Of a stretch of 64,000 nucleotides of DNA, positions 1-18,000 are shown piece by piece. Location: NCBI GenBank assembly GCA_964016885.1, contig OZ024741.1, positions 221,464,001-221,528,000 of the forward strand, in the 5' to 3' direction. How positions within the stretch are numbered: position 1 is the first letter of the stretch; each line of letters opens with the position of its first letter. The DNA is from Eledone cirrhosa. Taxonomy: Eukaryota. The notes under the pieces were generated by a model that did no database searches, was not told the DNA's origin, and saw only the letters and a program-made list of their open reading frames with translations. Position numbers and translations under genes: made by a program.

Positions 1-3000
1 ACAATATATTACAGTGACAGATACAATATATTACAGTGACAGTGACAGTTACAATATATTACAGTGACAGATACAATATATTACAGTGACAGATACAATA
101 TATTACAGTAACAGATACAATATATTACAGTGACAGATACAATATATTACAGTGACAGATACAATACATTACAGTGACAGATACAATATATTACAGTGAC
201 AGTGACAGATACAATATATTACAGTGACAGATACAATATATTACAGTGACAGATACAATATATTACAGTAACAGATACAATATATTACAGTGACAGATAC
301 AATATATTACAGTGACAGATACAATGTATTACAGTGCCAGATACAATATATTACAGTGACATTGACAGATACAATATATTACAGTGACAAATACAATATA
401 TTACAGTGACAGATACAATATATTACAGTGACAGATACAATATATTACAGTGACAGATACAATATATTCCAGTGACAGATACAATATATTACAGTGACAG
501 ATACAATATATTACAGTGACAGTGACAGATACAATATATTACAGTGACAGATACAATATATTACAGTGACAGATACAATATATTACACTAACAGATACAA
601 TATATTACAGTGACAGATACAATATATTACAGTGACAGATACAATATATTACAGTGACAGATACAATATATTACAGTGACAGTGACAGATACAATATATT
701 ACAGTGACAGATACAATATATTACAGTGACAGATACAATATATTACAGTAACAGATACAATATATTACAGTGACAGATACAATATATTACAGTGACAGAT
801 ACAATATATTACAGTGACAGATACAATATATTACAGTGACAGATACAATATATTACAGTGACAGATACAATATATTACAGTAACAGATACAATATATTAC
901 AGTGACAAATACAATATATTACAGTGACAGAAACAATATATTACAGTGACAGATACGATATATTACAGTGACAGATACAATATATTACAGTGACAGATAC
1001 AATATATTACAGTAACAGATACAATATATTACAGTGACAGATACGATATATTACAGTGACAGATACAATATATTACAGTGACAGATACAATATATTACAG
1101 TGACAGTGACAGATACAATATATTACAGTAACAGATACAATATATTACAGTGACAGATACGATATATTACAGTGACAGATACAATATATTACAGTGACAG
1201 ATACAATATATTACAGTAACAGATACAATATATTACAGGGACAGATCAATATATTATAGTGACAGATACAATATATTACAGTGACAGTGACGGATACAAT
1301 ATATTACAGTGACAGTGACGGATACAATATATTACTGTGACAGATGCAATATATTACAGTGACAGATACAATATATTACAGTGACAGATACAATATATTA
1401 CAGTGACAGATACAGTATATTACAGTGACAGATACAATATATTACAGTGACAGATACAATATATTACAGTGACAGATACAATAAATTACAGTGACAGATA
1501 CAATATATTACAGTGAGAGATACAATATATTACAGTGTCAGATACAATATGTTACAGTGACAGATACAATATATTACAGTGACAGATACAATATATTACA
1601 GTGACAGTGACAGATACAATATATTACAGTGACAGATACAATATATTACAGTGACAGATACAATATATTACAGTGACAGATACAATATATTACAGTGACA
1701 GATACAATATATTACAATAACAGTGACAGATACAATATATTACAGTGACAGGTAAAATGTGTTACAGTGACAGATACAATATATTACAGTGACAGATACA
1801 ATATATTACAGTGACAGATACAATATATTACAGTAACAGATACAATATATTACAATGACAGATACAATATATTAGAGTGACAGATACAATATATTACAGT
1901 AACAGATACAATATATTACAGTGACAGATACAGTATATTACAGTGACAGATACAATATATTACAGTGACAGATACAATATATTCCAGTGACAGATACAAT
2001 ATATTACAGTGACAGATACAATATATTACAGAGACAGATACAATATGTTACAGTGACAGATACAATATATTACAGTGACAGATACAATATATTACAGTAA
2101 CAGATACAATATATTACAGTGACAGATACAATATATTACAGTGACAGATACAATATATTACAATGACAGATACAATATATTACAGTGACAGATACAATAT
2201 ATTACAGTGACAGATACAATATATTACAGTGACAGTGACAGATACAATATATTACAGTGACAGATACAATATATTACAGTAACAGATACAATATATTACA
2301 GTGACATATACAATATATTACAGTGACAGATACAATAAATTACAGTGACAGATACAATATATTACAGTGACAGATACAATATATTACAGTGACAGATACA
2401 ATATATTACAGTGACAGATACAATATATTACAGTGACAGATACAATATATTACAGTGACAGATACAATATATTACAGTGACAGTGACAGATACAATATAT
2501 TACAGTGACAGATACAATATATTACAGTGACAGATACAATATATTACAGTAACAGATACAATATATTACAGTAACAGATACAATATATTACAGTGACAGA
2601 TACAATATATTACAGTGACAGATACAATATATTACAGTGACAGTGACAGATACAATATATTACAGTGACAGTGACAGATACAATATATTACAGTGACAGA
2701 TACAATATATTACAGTGTCAGATACAATATATGACAGTGTCAGATACAATATATTACAGTGACAGATACAATATATTACAGTGACAGATACAATATATTA
2801 CAGTGACAGATACAATATATTACAGTAACAGATACAATATATTACAGTGACAGATACAGTATATTACAGTGACAGATACAACATATTACAGTGACAGATA
2901 CAATAAATTACAGTGACAGATACAATATATTACAGTGACAGATACAATATATTACAGAGACAGATACAATATATTACAGTGACAGATACAATATATATAC

Positions 3001-6000
3001 AGTGACAGATACAATATATTACAGAGACAGATACAATATATTACAGTGACAGATACAATATATTACAGTGACAGATACAATATATTACAGTGACAGATAC
3101 AATATATTACAGAGACAGATACAATATATTACAGTGACATATACAATATATTACAGAGACAGATACAATATGTTACAGTGACAGATACAATATATTACAG
3201 TGACAGATACAATATATTACAGTGACAGATACAATATATTACAGTGACAGTGACAGAAGCAATATATTACAGTGACAGATACAATATGTTACAGTGACAG
3301 ATACAATATATTACAGTGACAGATACAATATATTACAGTGACAGTGACAGATACAATATATTACAGTGACAGATACAATATATTACAGTTACAGTGACAG
3401 ATACAATATATTACAGTGACAGATACAATATATTACAGTGACAGATACAATATATTACAGTAACAGATACAATATATTACAGTGACAGATACAATATATT
3501 ACAGTGACAGATACAATATATTACAGTGACAGATACAATATATTACAGTGACAGTGACAGATACAATATATTACAGTGACAGATACAATATATTACAGTA
3601 ACAGATACAATATATTACAGTGACATATACAATATATTACAGTGACAGATACAATAAATTACAGTGACAGATACAATATATTACAGTGACAGATACAATA
3701 TATTACAGTGACAGATACAATATATTACAGTGACAGATACAATATATTACAGTGACAGTGACAGATACAATATATTACAGTGACAGATACAATATATTAC
3801 AGTGACAGATACAATATATTACAGTAACAGATACAATATATTACAGTAACAGATACAATATATTACAGTGACAGATACAATATATTACAGTGACAGTGAC
3901 AGTTACAATATATTACAGTGACAGATACAATATATTACAGTGACAGATACAATATATTACAGTAACAGATACAATATATTACAGTGACAGATACAATATA
4001 TTACAGTGACAGATACAATATATTACAGTGACAGATACAATATATTACAGTGACAGTGACAGATACATTATATTACAGTGACAGATACAATATATTACAG
4101 TGACAGATACAATATATTACAGTAACAGATACAATATATTACAGTGACAGATACAATATATTACAGTGACAGATACAATATATTACAGTGCCAGATACAA
4201 TATATTACAGTGACAGTGACAGATACAATATATTACAGTGACAAATACAATATATTACAGTGACAGATACAATATATTACAGTGACAGATACAATATATT
4301 ACAGTGACAGATACAATATATTACAGTGACAGATACAATATATTACAGTGACAGATACAATATATTACAGTGACAGTGACAGATACAATATATTACAGTG
4401 ACAGATACAATGTATTACAGTGACAGATACAATATATTACACTAACAGATACAATATATTACAGTGACAGATACAATATATTACAGTGACAGATACAATA
4501 TATTACAGTGACAGATACAATATATTACAGTGACAGTGACAGATACAATATATTACAGTGACAGATACAATATATTACAGTGACAGATACAATATATTAC
4601 AGTAACAGATACAATATATTACAGTGACAGATACAATATATTACAGTGACAGATACAATATATTACAGTGACAGATACAATATATTACAGTGACAGATAC
4701 AATATATTACAGTGACAGATACAATATATTACAGTAACAGATACAATATATTACAGTGACAAATACAATATATTACAGTGACAGAAACAATATATTACAG
4801 TGACAGATACGATATATTACAGTGACAGATACAATATATTACAGTGACAGATACAATATATTACAGTAACAGATACAATATATTACAGTGACAGATACGA
4901 TATATTACAGTGACAGATACAATATATTACAGTGACAGATACAATATATTACAGTGACAGTGACAGATACAATATATTACAGTAACAGATACAATATATT
5001 ACAGTGACAGATACGATATATTACAGTGACAGCTACAATATATTACAGTGACAGATACAATATATTACAGTAACAGATACAATATATTACAGGGACAGAT
5101 CAATATATTATAGTGACAGATACAATATATTACAGTGACAGTGACTGATACAATATATTACAGTGACAGTGACGGATACAATATATTACTGTGACAGATG
5201 CAATATATTACAGTGACAGATACAATATATTACAGTGACAGATACAATATATTACAGTGACAGATACAGTATATTACAGTGACAGATACAATATATTACA
5301 GTGACAGATACAATATATTACAGTGACAGATACAATAAATTTCAGTGACAGATACAATATATTACAGTGAGAGATACAATATATTACAGTGTCAGATACA
5401 ATATGTTACAGTGACAGATACAATATATTACAGTGACAGATACAATATATTACAGTGACAGTGACAGATACAATATATTACAGTGACAGATACAATATAT
5501 TACAGTGACAGATACAATATATTACAGTGACAGATACAATATATTACAATAACAGTGACAGATACAATATATTACAGTGACAGATACAATATATTACAGT
5601 GACAGATACAATATATTACAGTAACAGATACAATATGTTACAGTGACAGATACAATATATTACAGTGACAGGTAAAATGTGTTACAGTGACAGATACAAT
5701 ATATTACAGTGACAGATACAATATATTACAGTGACAGATACAATATATTACAGTAACAGATACAATATATTACAATGACAGATACAATATATTAGAGTGA
5801 CAGATACAATATATTACAGTAACAGATACAATATATTACAGTGACAGATACAGTATATTACAGTGACAGATACAATATATTACAGTGACAGATACAATAT
5901 ATTCCAGTGACAGATACAATATATTACAGTGACAGATACAATATATTACAGAGACAGATACAATATGTTACAGTGACAGATACAATATATTACAGTGACA

Positions 6001-9000
6001 GATACAATATATTACAGTAACAGATACAATATATTACAGTGACTGATACAATATATTACAGTGACAGATACAATATATTACAATGACAGATACAATATAT
6101 TACAGTGACAGATACAATATATTACAGTGACAGATACAATATATTACAGTGACAGTGACAGATACAATAAATTACAGTGACAGATACAATATATTACAGT
6201 GACAGATACAATATATTACAGTGACAGATACAATATATTACAGTGACAGATACAATATATTACAGTGACAGATACAATATATTACAGTGACAGATACAAT
6301 ATATTACAGTGACAGTGACAGATACAATATATTACAGTGACAGATACAATATATTACAGTGACAGATACAATATATTACAGTAACAGATACAATATATTA
6401 CAGTAACAGATACAATATATTACAGTGACAGATACAATATATTACAGTGACAGATACAATATATTACAGTGACAGTGACAGATACAATATATTACAGTGA
6501 CAGTGACAGATACAATATATTACAATGACAGATACAATATATTACAGTGTCAGATACAATATATTACAGTGTCAGATACAATATATTACAGTGACAGATA
6601 CAATATATTACAGTGACAGATACAATATATTACAGTGACAGATACAATATATTACAGTAACAGATACAATATATTACAGTGACAGATACAGTATATTACA
6701 GTGACAGATACAACATATTACAGTGACAGATACAATAAATTACAGTGACAGATACAATATATTACAGTGACAGATACAATATATTACAGAGACAGATACA
6801 ATATATTACAGTGACAGATACAATATATTACAGTGACAGATACAATATATTACAGAGACAGATACAATATATTACAGTGACAGATACAATATATTACAGT
6901 GACAGATACAATATATTACAGTGACAGATACAATATATTACAGAGACAGATACAATATATTACAGTGACATATACAATATATTACAGAGACAGATACAAT
7001 ATGTTACAGTGACAGATACAATATATTACAGTGACAGATACAATATATTACAGTGACAGATACAATATATTACAGTGACAGTGACAGAAGCAATATATTA
7101 CAGTGACAGATACAATATGTTACAGTGACAGATACAATATATTACAGTGACAGATACAATATATTACAGTGACAGTGACAGATACAATATATTACAGTGA
7201 CAGATACAATATATTACAGTTACAGTGACAGATACAATATATTACAGTGACAGATACAATATATTACAGTGACAGATACAATATATTACAGTAACAGATA
7301 CAATATATTACAGTGACAGATACAATATATTACAATGACAGATACAATATATTACAGTGCCAGATACAATATATTACAGTGACAGTGACAGATACAATAT
7401 ATTACCGTGACAAATACAATATATTACAGTGACAGATACAATATATTACAGTGACAGATACAATATATTACAGTGACAGATACAATATATTACAGTGACA
7501 GATACAATATATTACAGTGACAGATACAATATATTACAGTGACAGTGACAGATACAATATATTACAGTGACAGATACAATATATTACAGTGACAGATACA
7601 ATATATTACAGTAACAGATACAATATATTACAGTGACAGATACAATATATTACAGTGACAGATACAATATATTACAGTGACAGATACAATATATTACAGT
7701 GACAGTGACAGATACAATATATTACAGTGACAGATACAATATATTACAGTGACAGATACAATATATTACAGTAACAGATACAATATATTACAGTGACAGA
7801 TACAATATATTACAGTGACAGATACAATATATTACAGTGACAGATACAATATATTACAGTGACAGATACAATATATTACAGTGACAGATACAATATATTA
7901 CAGTGACAGATACAATATATTACAGTGACAGATACAATATATTACAGTGACAGAAACAATATATTACAGTGACAGATACGATATATTACAGTGACAGATA
8001 CAATATATTACAGTGACAGATACAATATATTACAGTAACAGATACAATATATTACAGTGACAGATACGATATATTACAGTGACAGATACAATATATTACA
8101 GTGACAGATACAATATATTACAGTGACAGTGACAGATACAATATATTACAGTAACAGATACAATATATTACAGTGACAGATACGATATATTACAGTGACA
8201 GATACAATATATTACAGTGACAGATACAATATATTACAGTAACAGATACAATATATTACAGGGACAGATCAATATATTATAGTGACAGATACAATATATT
8301 ACAGTGACAGTGACGGATACAATATATTACAGTGACAGTGACGGATACAATATATTACTGTGACAGATGCAATATATTACAGTGACAGATACAATATATT
8401 ACAGTGACAGATACAATATATTACAGTGACAGATACAGTATATTACAGTGACAGATACAATATATTACAGTGACAGATACAATATATTACAGTGACAGAT
8501 ACAATAAATTACAGTGACAGATACAATATATTACAGTGAGAGATACAATATATTACAGTGTCAGATACAATATGTTACAGTGACAGATACAATATATTAC
8601 AGTGACAGATACAATATATTACAGTGACAGTGACAGATACAATATATTACAGTGACAGATACAATATATTACAGTGACAGATACAATATATTACAGTGAC
8701 AGATACAATATATTACAGTGACAGATACAATATATTACAGTAACAGTGACAGATACAATATATTACAGTGACAGATACAATATATTACAGTGACAGATAC
8801 AATATATTACAGTGACAGGTAAAATGTGTTACAGTGACAGATACAATATATTACAGTGACAGATACAATATATTACAGTGACAGATACAATATATAACAG
8901 TAACAGATACAATATATTACAATGACAGATACAATATATTAGAGTGACAGATACAATATATTACAGTAACAGATACAATATATTACAGTGACAGATACAG

Positions 9001-12000
9001 TATATTACAGTGACAGATACAATATATTACAGTGACAGATACAATATATTCCAGTGACAGATACAATATATTACAGTGACAGATACAATATATTACAGAG
9101 ACAGATACAATATGTTACAGTGACAGATACAATATATTACAGTGACAGATACAATATATTACAGTAACAGATACAATATATTACAGTGACAGATACAATA
9201 TATTACAGTGACAGATACAATATATTACAATGACAGATACAATATATTACAGTGACAGATACAATATATTACAGTGACAGTGACAGATACAATATATTAC
9301 AGTGACAGATACAATATATTACAGTAACAGATACAATATATTACAGTGACATATACAATATATTACAGTGACAGATACAATAAATTACAGTGACAGATAC
9401 AATATATTACAGTGACAGATACAATATATTACAGTGACAGATACAATATATTACAGTGACAGATACAATATATTACAGTGACAGATACAATATATTACAG
9501 TGACAGATACAATATATTACAGTGACAGTGACAGATACAATATATTACAGTGACAGATACAATATATTACAGTGACAGATACAATATATTACAGTAACAG
9601 ATACAATATATTACAGTAACAGATACAATATATTACAGTGACAGATACAATATATTACAGTGACAGATACAATATATTACAGTGACAGTGACAGATACAA
9701 TATATTACAGTGACAGTGACAGATACAATATATTACAGTGAGAGATACAATATATTACAGTGTCAGATACAATATATTACAGTGTCAGATACAATATATT
9801 ACAGTGACAGATACAATATATTACAGTGACATATACAATATATTACAGTGACAGATACAATATATTACAGTAACAGATACAATATATTACAGTGACAGAT
9901 ACAGTATATTACAGTGACAGATACAACATATTACAGTGACAGATACAATAAATTACAGTGACAGATACAATATATTACAGTGACAGATACAATATATTAC
10001 AGAGACAGATACAATATATTACAGTGACAGATACAATATATTACAGTGACAGATACAATATATTACAGTGACAGATACAATATATTACAGAGACAGATAC
10101 AATATATTACAGTGACATATACAATATATTACAGAGACAGATACAATATGTTACAGCGACAGATACAATATATTACAGTGACAGATACAATATATTACAG
10201 TGACAGATACAATATATTACAGTGACAGTGACAGAAGCAATATATTACAGTGACAGATACAATATGTTACAGTGACAGATACAATATATTACAGTGACAG
10301 ATACAATATATTACAGTGACAGTGACAGATACAATATATTACAGTGACAGATACAATATATTACAGTGACAGTGACAGATACAATATATTACAGTGACAG
10401 ATACAATATATTACAGTGACAGATACAATATATTACAGTGACAGATACAATATATTACAGTGACAGTGACAGATACAATATATTACAGTGACAGATACAA
10501 TATATTACAGTGACAGTGACAGATACAATATATTACAGTGACAGATACAATATATTACAGTGACAGATACAGTATATTACAGTGACAGATACAATATATT
10601 ACAGTGACAGATACAATATATTACAGTGACAGTGACAGATACAATATATTACAGTGACAGATACAATATATTACAGTGACAGATACAATATATTACAGTG
10701 ACAGATACAATATATTACAGTGACAGATACAATATATTACAGTGACAGATACAATATATTACAGTGACAGATACAATATATTACAGTGACAGATACAATA
10801 TATTACAGTGACAGATACAATATATTACAGTGACAGATACAATATATTACAGTGACAGATACAATATATTACAGTGACAGTGACAGATACAATATATTAC
10901 AGTGACAGATACAATATATTACAGTGCCAGATACAATATATTACAGTGACAGATACAATATATTACAGTGACAGATACAATATATTACAGTGACAGATAC
11001 AATATATTACAGTGACAGTGACAGATACAATATATTACAGTGACAGATACAATATATTACAGTGACAGATACAATATATTACAGTGCCAGATACAATATA
11101 TTACAGTGACAGATACAATATATTACAGTGACAGATACAATATATTACAGTGACAGATACAATATATTACAGAGACAGATACAATATATTACAGTGACAG
11201 ATACAATATATTACAGTGACAGATACAATATATTACAGAGACAGATACAATATATTACAGTGACAGATACAATATATTACAGTGACAGATACAATATATT
11301 ACAGTGACAGATACAATATATTACAGAGACAGATACAATATATTACAGTGACATATACAATATATTACAGAGACAGATACAATATGTTACAGTGACAGAT
11401 ACAATATATTACAGTGACAGATACAATATATTACAGTGACAGATACAATATATTACAGTGACAGTGACAGAAGCAATATATTACAGTGACAGATACAATA
11501 TATTACAGTGACAGTGACAGATACAATATATTACAGTGACAGATACAATATATTACAGTGACAGTGACAGATACAATATATTACAGTGACAGATACAATG
11601 TATTCCAGTGACAGATACAATATATTACAGTGACAGATACAATATATTACAGAGACAGATACAATGTGTTACAGTGACAGATACAATATATTACAGTGAC
11701 AGATACAATATATTACAGTAACAGATACAATATATTACAGTGACAGATACAATATATTACAGTGACAGATACAATATATTACAATGACAGATACAATATA
11801 TTACAGTGACAGATACAATATATTACAGCGACAGATACAATATATTACAGTGACAGTGACAGATACAATATATTACAGTGACAGATACAATATATTACAG
11901 TAACAGAGACAATATATTACAGTGACATATACAATATATTACAGTGACAGATACAATAAATTACAGTGACAGATACAATATATTACAGTGACAGATACAA

Positions 12001-15000
12001 TATATTACAGTGACAGATACAATATATTACAGTGACAGATACAATATATTACAGTGACAGATACAATATATTACAGTGACAGATACAATATATTACAGTG
12101 ACAGTGACAGATACAATATATTACAGTGACAGATACAATATATTACAGTGACAGATACAATATATTACAGTAACAGATACAATATATTACAGTAACAGAT
12201 ACAATATACTACAGTGACAGATACAATATATTACAGTGACAGATACAATATATTACAGTGACAATGACAGATACAATATATTACAGTGACAGTGACAGAT
12301 ACAATATATTACAGTGAGAGATACAATATATTACAGTGTCAGATACAATATATTACAGTGTCAGATACAATATATTACAGTGACAGATACAATATATTAC
12401 AGTGACAGATACAATATATTACAGTGACAGATACAATATATTACAGTAACAGATACAATATATTACAGTGACAGATACAGTATATTACAGTGACAGATAC
12501 AACATATTACAGTGACAGATACAATAAATTACAGTGACAGATACAATATATTACAGTGACAGATACAATATATTACAGAGACAGATACAATATATTACAG
12601 TGACAGATACAATATATTACAGTGACAGATACAATATATTACAGAGACAGATACAATATATTACAGTGACAGATACAATATATTACAGTGACAGATACAA
12701 TATATTACAGTGACAGATACAATATATTACAGAGACAGATACAATATATTACAGTGACATATACAATATATTACAGTGACAGATACAATATATTACAGTG
12801 ACAGTGACAGATACAATATATTACAGTGACAGATACAATATATTACAGTGACAGATACAATATATTACAGAGACAGATACAATATATTACAGTGACAGAT
12901 ACAATATATTACAGTGACAGATACAATATATTACAGTGACAGATACAATATATTACAGAGACAGATACAATATATTACAGTGACAGATACAATATATTAC
13001 AGTGACAGATACAATATATTACAGTGACAGATACAATATATTACAGAGACAGATACAATATATTACAGTGACATATACAATATATTACAGTGACAGATAC
13101 AATATATTACAGTGACAGATACAATATATTACAGTGACAGTGACAGATACAATATATTACAGTGACAGATACAATATATTACAGTGACAGTGACAGATAC
13201 AATATATTACAGTGACAGATACAATATATTACAGTGACAGATACAATATATTACAGTGACAGTGACAGATACAATATATTACAGTGACAGATACAATATA
13301 TTACAGTGACAGTGACAGATACAATATATTACAGTGACAGATACAATATATTACAGTGACAGATACAATATATTACAGTGACAGTGACAGATACAATATA
13401 TTACAGTGACAGATACAATATATTACAGTGACAGATACAATATATTACAGTTACAGATACAATATATTACAGTGACAGATACAATATATTACAGTGACAG
13501 ATACAATATATTACAGTGACAGATACAATATATTACAGTGACAGATACAATATATTACAGTGACAGATACAATATATTACAGTGACAGATACAATATATT
13601 ACAGTGACAGATACAATATATTACAGTGACAGATACAATATATTACAGTGACTGATACAATATATTACAGTGACAGTGACAGATACAATATATTACAGTG
13701 ACAGATACAATATATTACAGTGCCAGATACAATATATTACAGTGACAGATACAATATATTACAGTGACAGATACAATATATTACAGTGACAGATACAATA
13801 TATTACAGTGACAGTGACAGATACAATATATTACAGTGACAGATACAATATATTACAGTGACAGATACAATATATTACAGTGCCAGATACAATATATTAC
13901 AGTGACAGATACAATATATTACAGTGACAGATACAATATATTACAGTGACAGATACAATAAATTACAGTGACAGATACAATATATTACAGTGACAGATAC
14001 AATATATTACAGAGGCAGATACAATATATTACAGTGACAGATACAATATATTACAGTGACAGTGACAGATACAATATATTACAGTGACAGATACAATGTA
14101 TTCCAGTGACAGATACAATATATTACAGTGACAGATACAATATATTACAGAGACAGATACAATGTGTTACAGTGACAGATACAATATATTACAGTGACAG
14201 ATACAATATATTACAGTAACAGATACAATATATTACAGTGACAGATACAATATATTACAGTGACAGATACAATATATTACAATGACAGATACAATATATT
14301 ACAGTGACAGATACAATATATTACAGCGACAGATACAATATATTACAGTGACAGTGACAGATACAATATATTACAGTGACAGATACAATATATTACAGTA
14401 ACAGAGACAATATATTACAGTGACATATACAATATATTACAGTGACAGATACAATAAATTACAGTGACAGATACAATATATTACAGTGACAGATACAATA
14501 TATTACAGTGACAGATACAATATATTACAGTGACAGATACAATATATTACAGTGACAGATACAATATATTACAGTGACAGATACAATATATTACAGTGAC
14601 AGTGACAGATACAATATATTACAGTGACAGATACAATATATTACAGTGACAGATACAATATATTACAGTAACAGATACAATATATTACAGTAACAGATAC
14701 AATATACTACAGTGACAGATACAATATATTACAGTGACAGATACAATATATTACAGTGACAATGACAGATACAATATATTACAGTGACAGTGACAGATAC
14801 AATATATTACAGTGAGAGATACAATATATTACAGTGTCAGATACAATATATTACAGTGTCAGATACAATATATTACAGTGACAGATACAATATATTACAG
14901 TGACAGATACAATATATTACAGTGACAGATACAATATATTACAGTAACAGATACAATATATTACAGTGACAGATACAGTATATTACAGTGACAGATACAA

Positions 15001-18000
15001 CATATTACAGTGACAGATACAATAAATTACAGTGACAGATACAATATATTACAGTGACAGATACAATATATTACAGAGACAGATACAATATATTACAGTG
15101 ACAGATACAATATATTACAGTGACAGATACAATATATTACAGAGACAGATACAATATATTACAGTGACAGATACAATATATTACAGTGACAGATACAATA
15201 TATTACAGTGACAGATACAATATATTACAGAGACAGATACAATATATTACAGTGACATATACAATATATTACAGTGACAGATACAATATATTACAGTGAC
15301 AGTGACAGATACAATATATTACAGTGACAGATACAATATATTACAGTGACAGATACAATATATTACAGAGACAGATACAATATATTACAGTGACAGATAC
15401 AATATATTACAGTGACAGATACAATATATTACAGTGACAGATACAATATATTACAGAGACAGATACAATATATTACAGTGACAGATACAATATATTACAG
15501 TGACAGATACAATATATTACAGTGACAGATACAATATATTACAGAGACAGATACAATATATTACAGTGACATATACAATATATTACAGTGACAGATACAA
15601 TATATTACAGTGACAGATACAATATATTACAGTGACAGTGACAGATACAATATATTACAGTGACAGATACAATATATTACAGTGACAGTGACAGATACAA
15701 TATATTACAGTGACAGATACAATATATTACAGTGACAGATACAATATATTACAGTGACAGTGACAGATACAATATATTACAGTGACAGATACAATATATT
15801 ACAGTGACAGTGACAGATACAATATATTACAGTGACAGATACAATATATTACAGTGACAGATACAATATATTACAGTGACAGTGACAGATACAATATATT
15901 ACAGTGACAGATACAATATATTACAGTGACAGATACAATATATTACAGTTACAGATACAATATATTACAGTGACAGATACAATATATTACAGTGACAGAT
16001 ACAATATATTACAGTGACAGATACAATATATTACAGTGACAGATACAATATATTACAGTGACAGATACAATATATTACAGTGACAGATACAATATATTAC
16101 AGTGACAGATACAATATATTACAGTGACAGATACAATATATTACAGTGACAGATACAATATATTACAGTGACAGTGACAGATACAATATATTACAGTGAC
16201 AGATACAATATATTACAGTGCCAGATACAATATATTACAGCGACAGATACAATATATTACAGTGACAGATACAATATATTACAGTGACAGATACAATATA
16301 TTACAGTGACAGTGACAGATACAATATATTACAGTGACAGATACAATATATTACAGTGACAGATACAATATATTACAGTGCCAGATACAATATATTACAG
16401 TGACAGATACAATATATTACAGTGACAGATACAATATATTACAGTGACAGATACAATAAATTACAGTGACAGATACAATATATTACAGTGACAGATACAA
16501 TATATTACAGAGGCAGATACAATATATTACAGTGACAGATACAATATATTACAGTGACAGATACAATATATTACAGAGACAGATACAATATATTACAGTG
16601 ACAGATACAATATATTACAGTGACAGATACAATATATTACAGTGACAGATACAATATATTACAGAGACAGATACAATATATTACAGTGACATATACAATA
16701 TATTACAGAGACAGATACAATATGTTACAGTGACAGATACAATATATTACAGTGACAGATACAATATATTACAGTGACAGATACAATATATTACAGTGAC
16801 AGTGACAGAAGCAATATATTACAGTGACAGATACAATATGTTACAATGACAGATACAATATATTACAGTGACAGATACAATATATTACAGTGACAGTGAC
16901 AGATACAATATATTACAGTGACAGATACAATATATTACAGTGACAGTGACAGATACAATATATTACAGTGACAGATACAATATATTACAGTGACAGATAC
17001 AATATATTACAGTGACAGTGACAGATACAATATATTACAGTGACAGATACAATATATTACAGTGACAGTGACAGATACAATATATTACAGTGACAGATAC
17101 AATATATTACAGTGACAGATACAATATATTACAGTGACAGATACAATATATTACAGTGACAGATACAATATATTACAGTGACAGATACAATATATTACAG
17201 TGACAGATACAATATATTACAGTGACAGATACAATATATTACAGTGACAGATACAATATATTACAGTGACAGATACAATATATTACAGTGACAGATACAA
17301 TATATTACAGTGACAGATACAATATATTACAGTGACAGATACAATATATTACAGTGACAGATACAATATATTACAGTGACAGTGACAGATACAATATATT
17401 ACAGTGACAGATACAATATATTACAGTGCCAGATACAATATATTACAGTGACAGATACAATATATTACAGTGACAGATACAATATATTACAGTGACAGAT
17501 ACAATATATTACAGTGACAGTGACAGATACAATATATTACAGTGACAGATACAATATATTACAGTGACAGATACAATATATTACAGTGCCAGATACAATA
17601 TATTACAGTGACAGATACAATATATTACAGTGACAGATACAATATATTACAGTGACAGATACAATATATTACAGTGACAGATACAACATATTACAGTGAC
17701 ATACAATATATTACAGTGACAGATACAATATATTACAGTGACAGTGACAGATACAATATATTACAGTGACAGATACAATATATTACAGTGACAGATACAA
17801 TATATTACAGTGACAGTGACAGATACAATATATTACAGTGACAGATACAATATATTACAGTGACAGATACAATATATTACAGTGACAGATACAATATATT
17901 ACAGTGACAGATACAATATATTACAGTGACAGATACAATATATTTCAGTGACAGATACAATATATTACAGTGACAGATACAATATATTACAGTGACAGAT

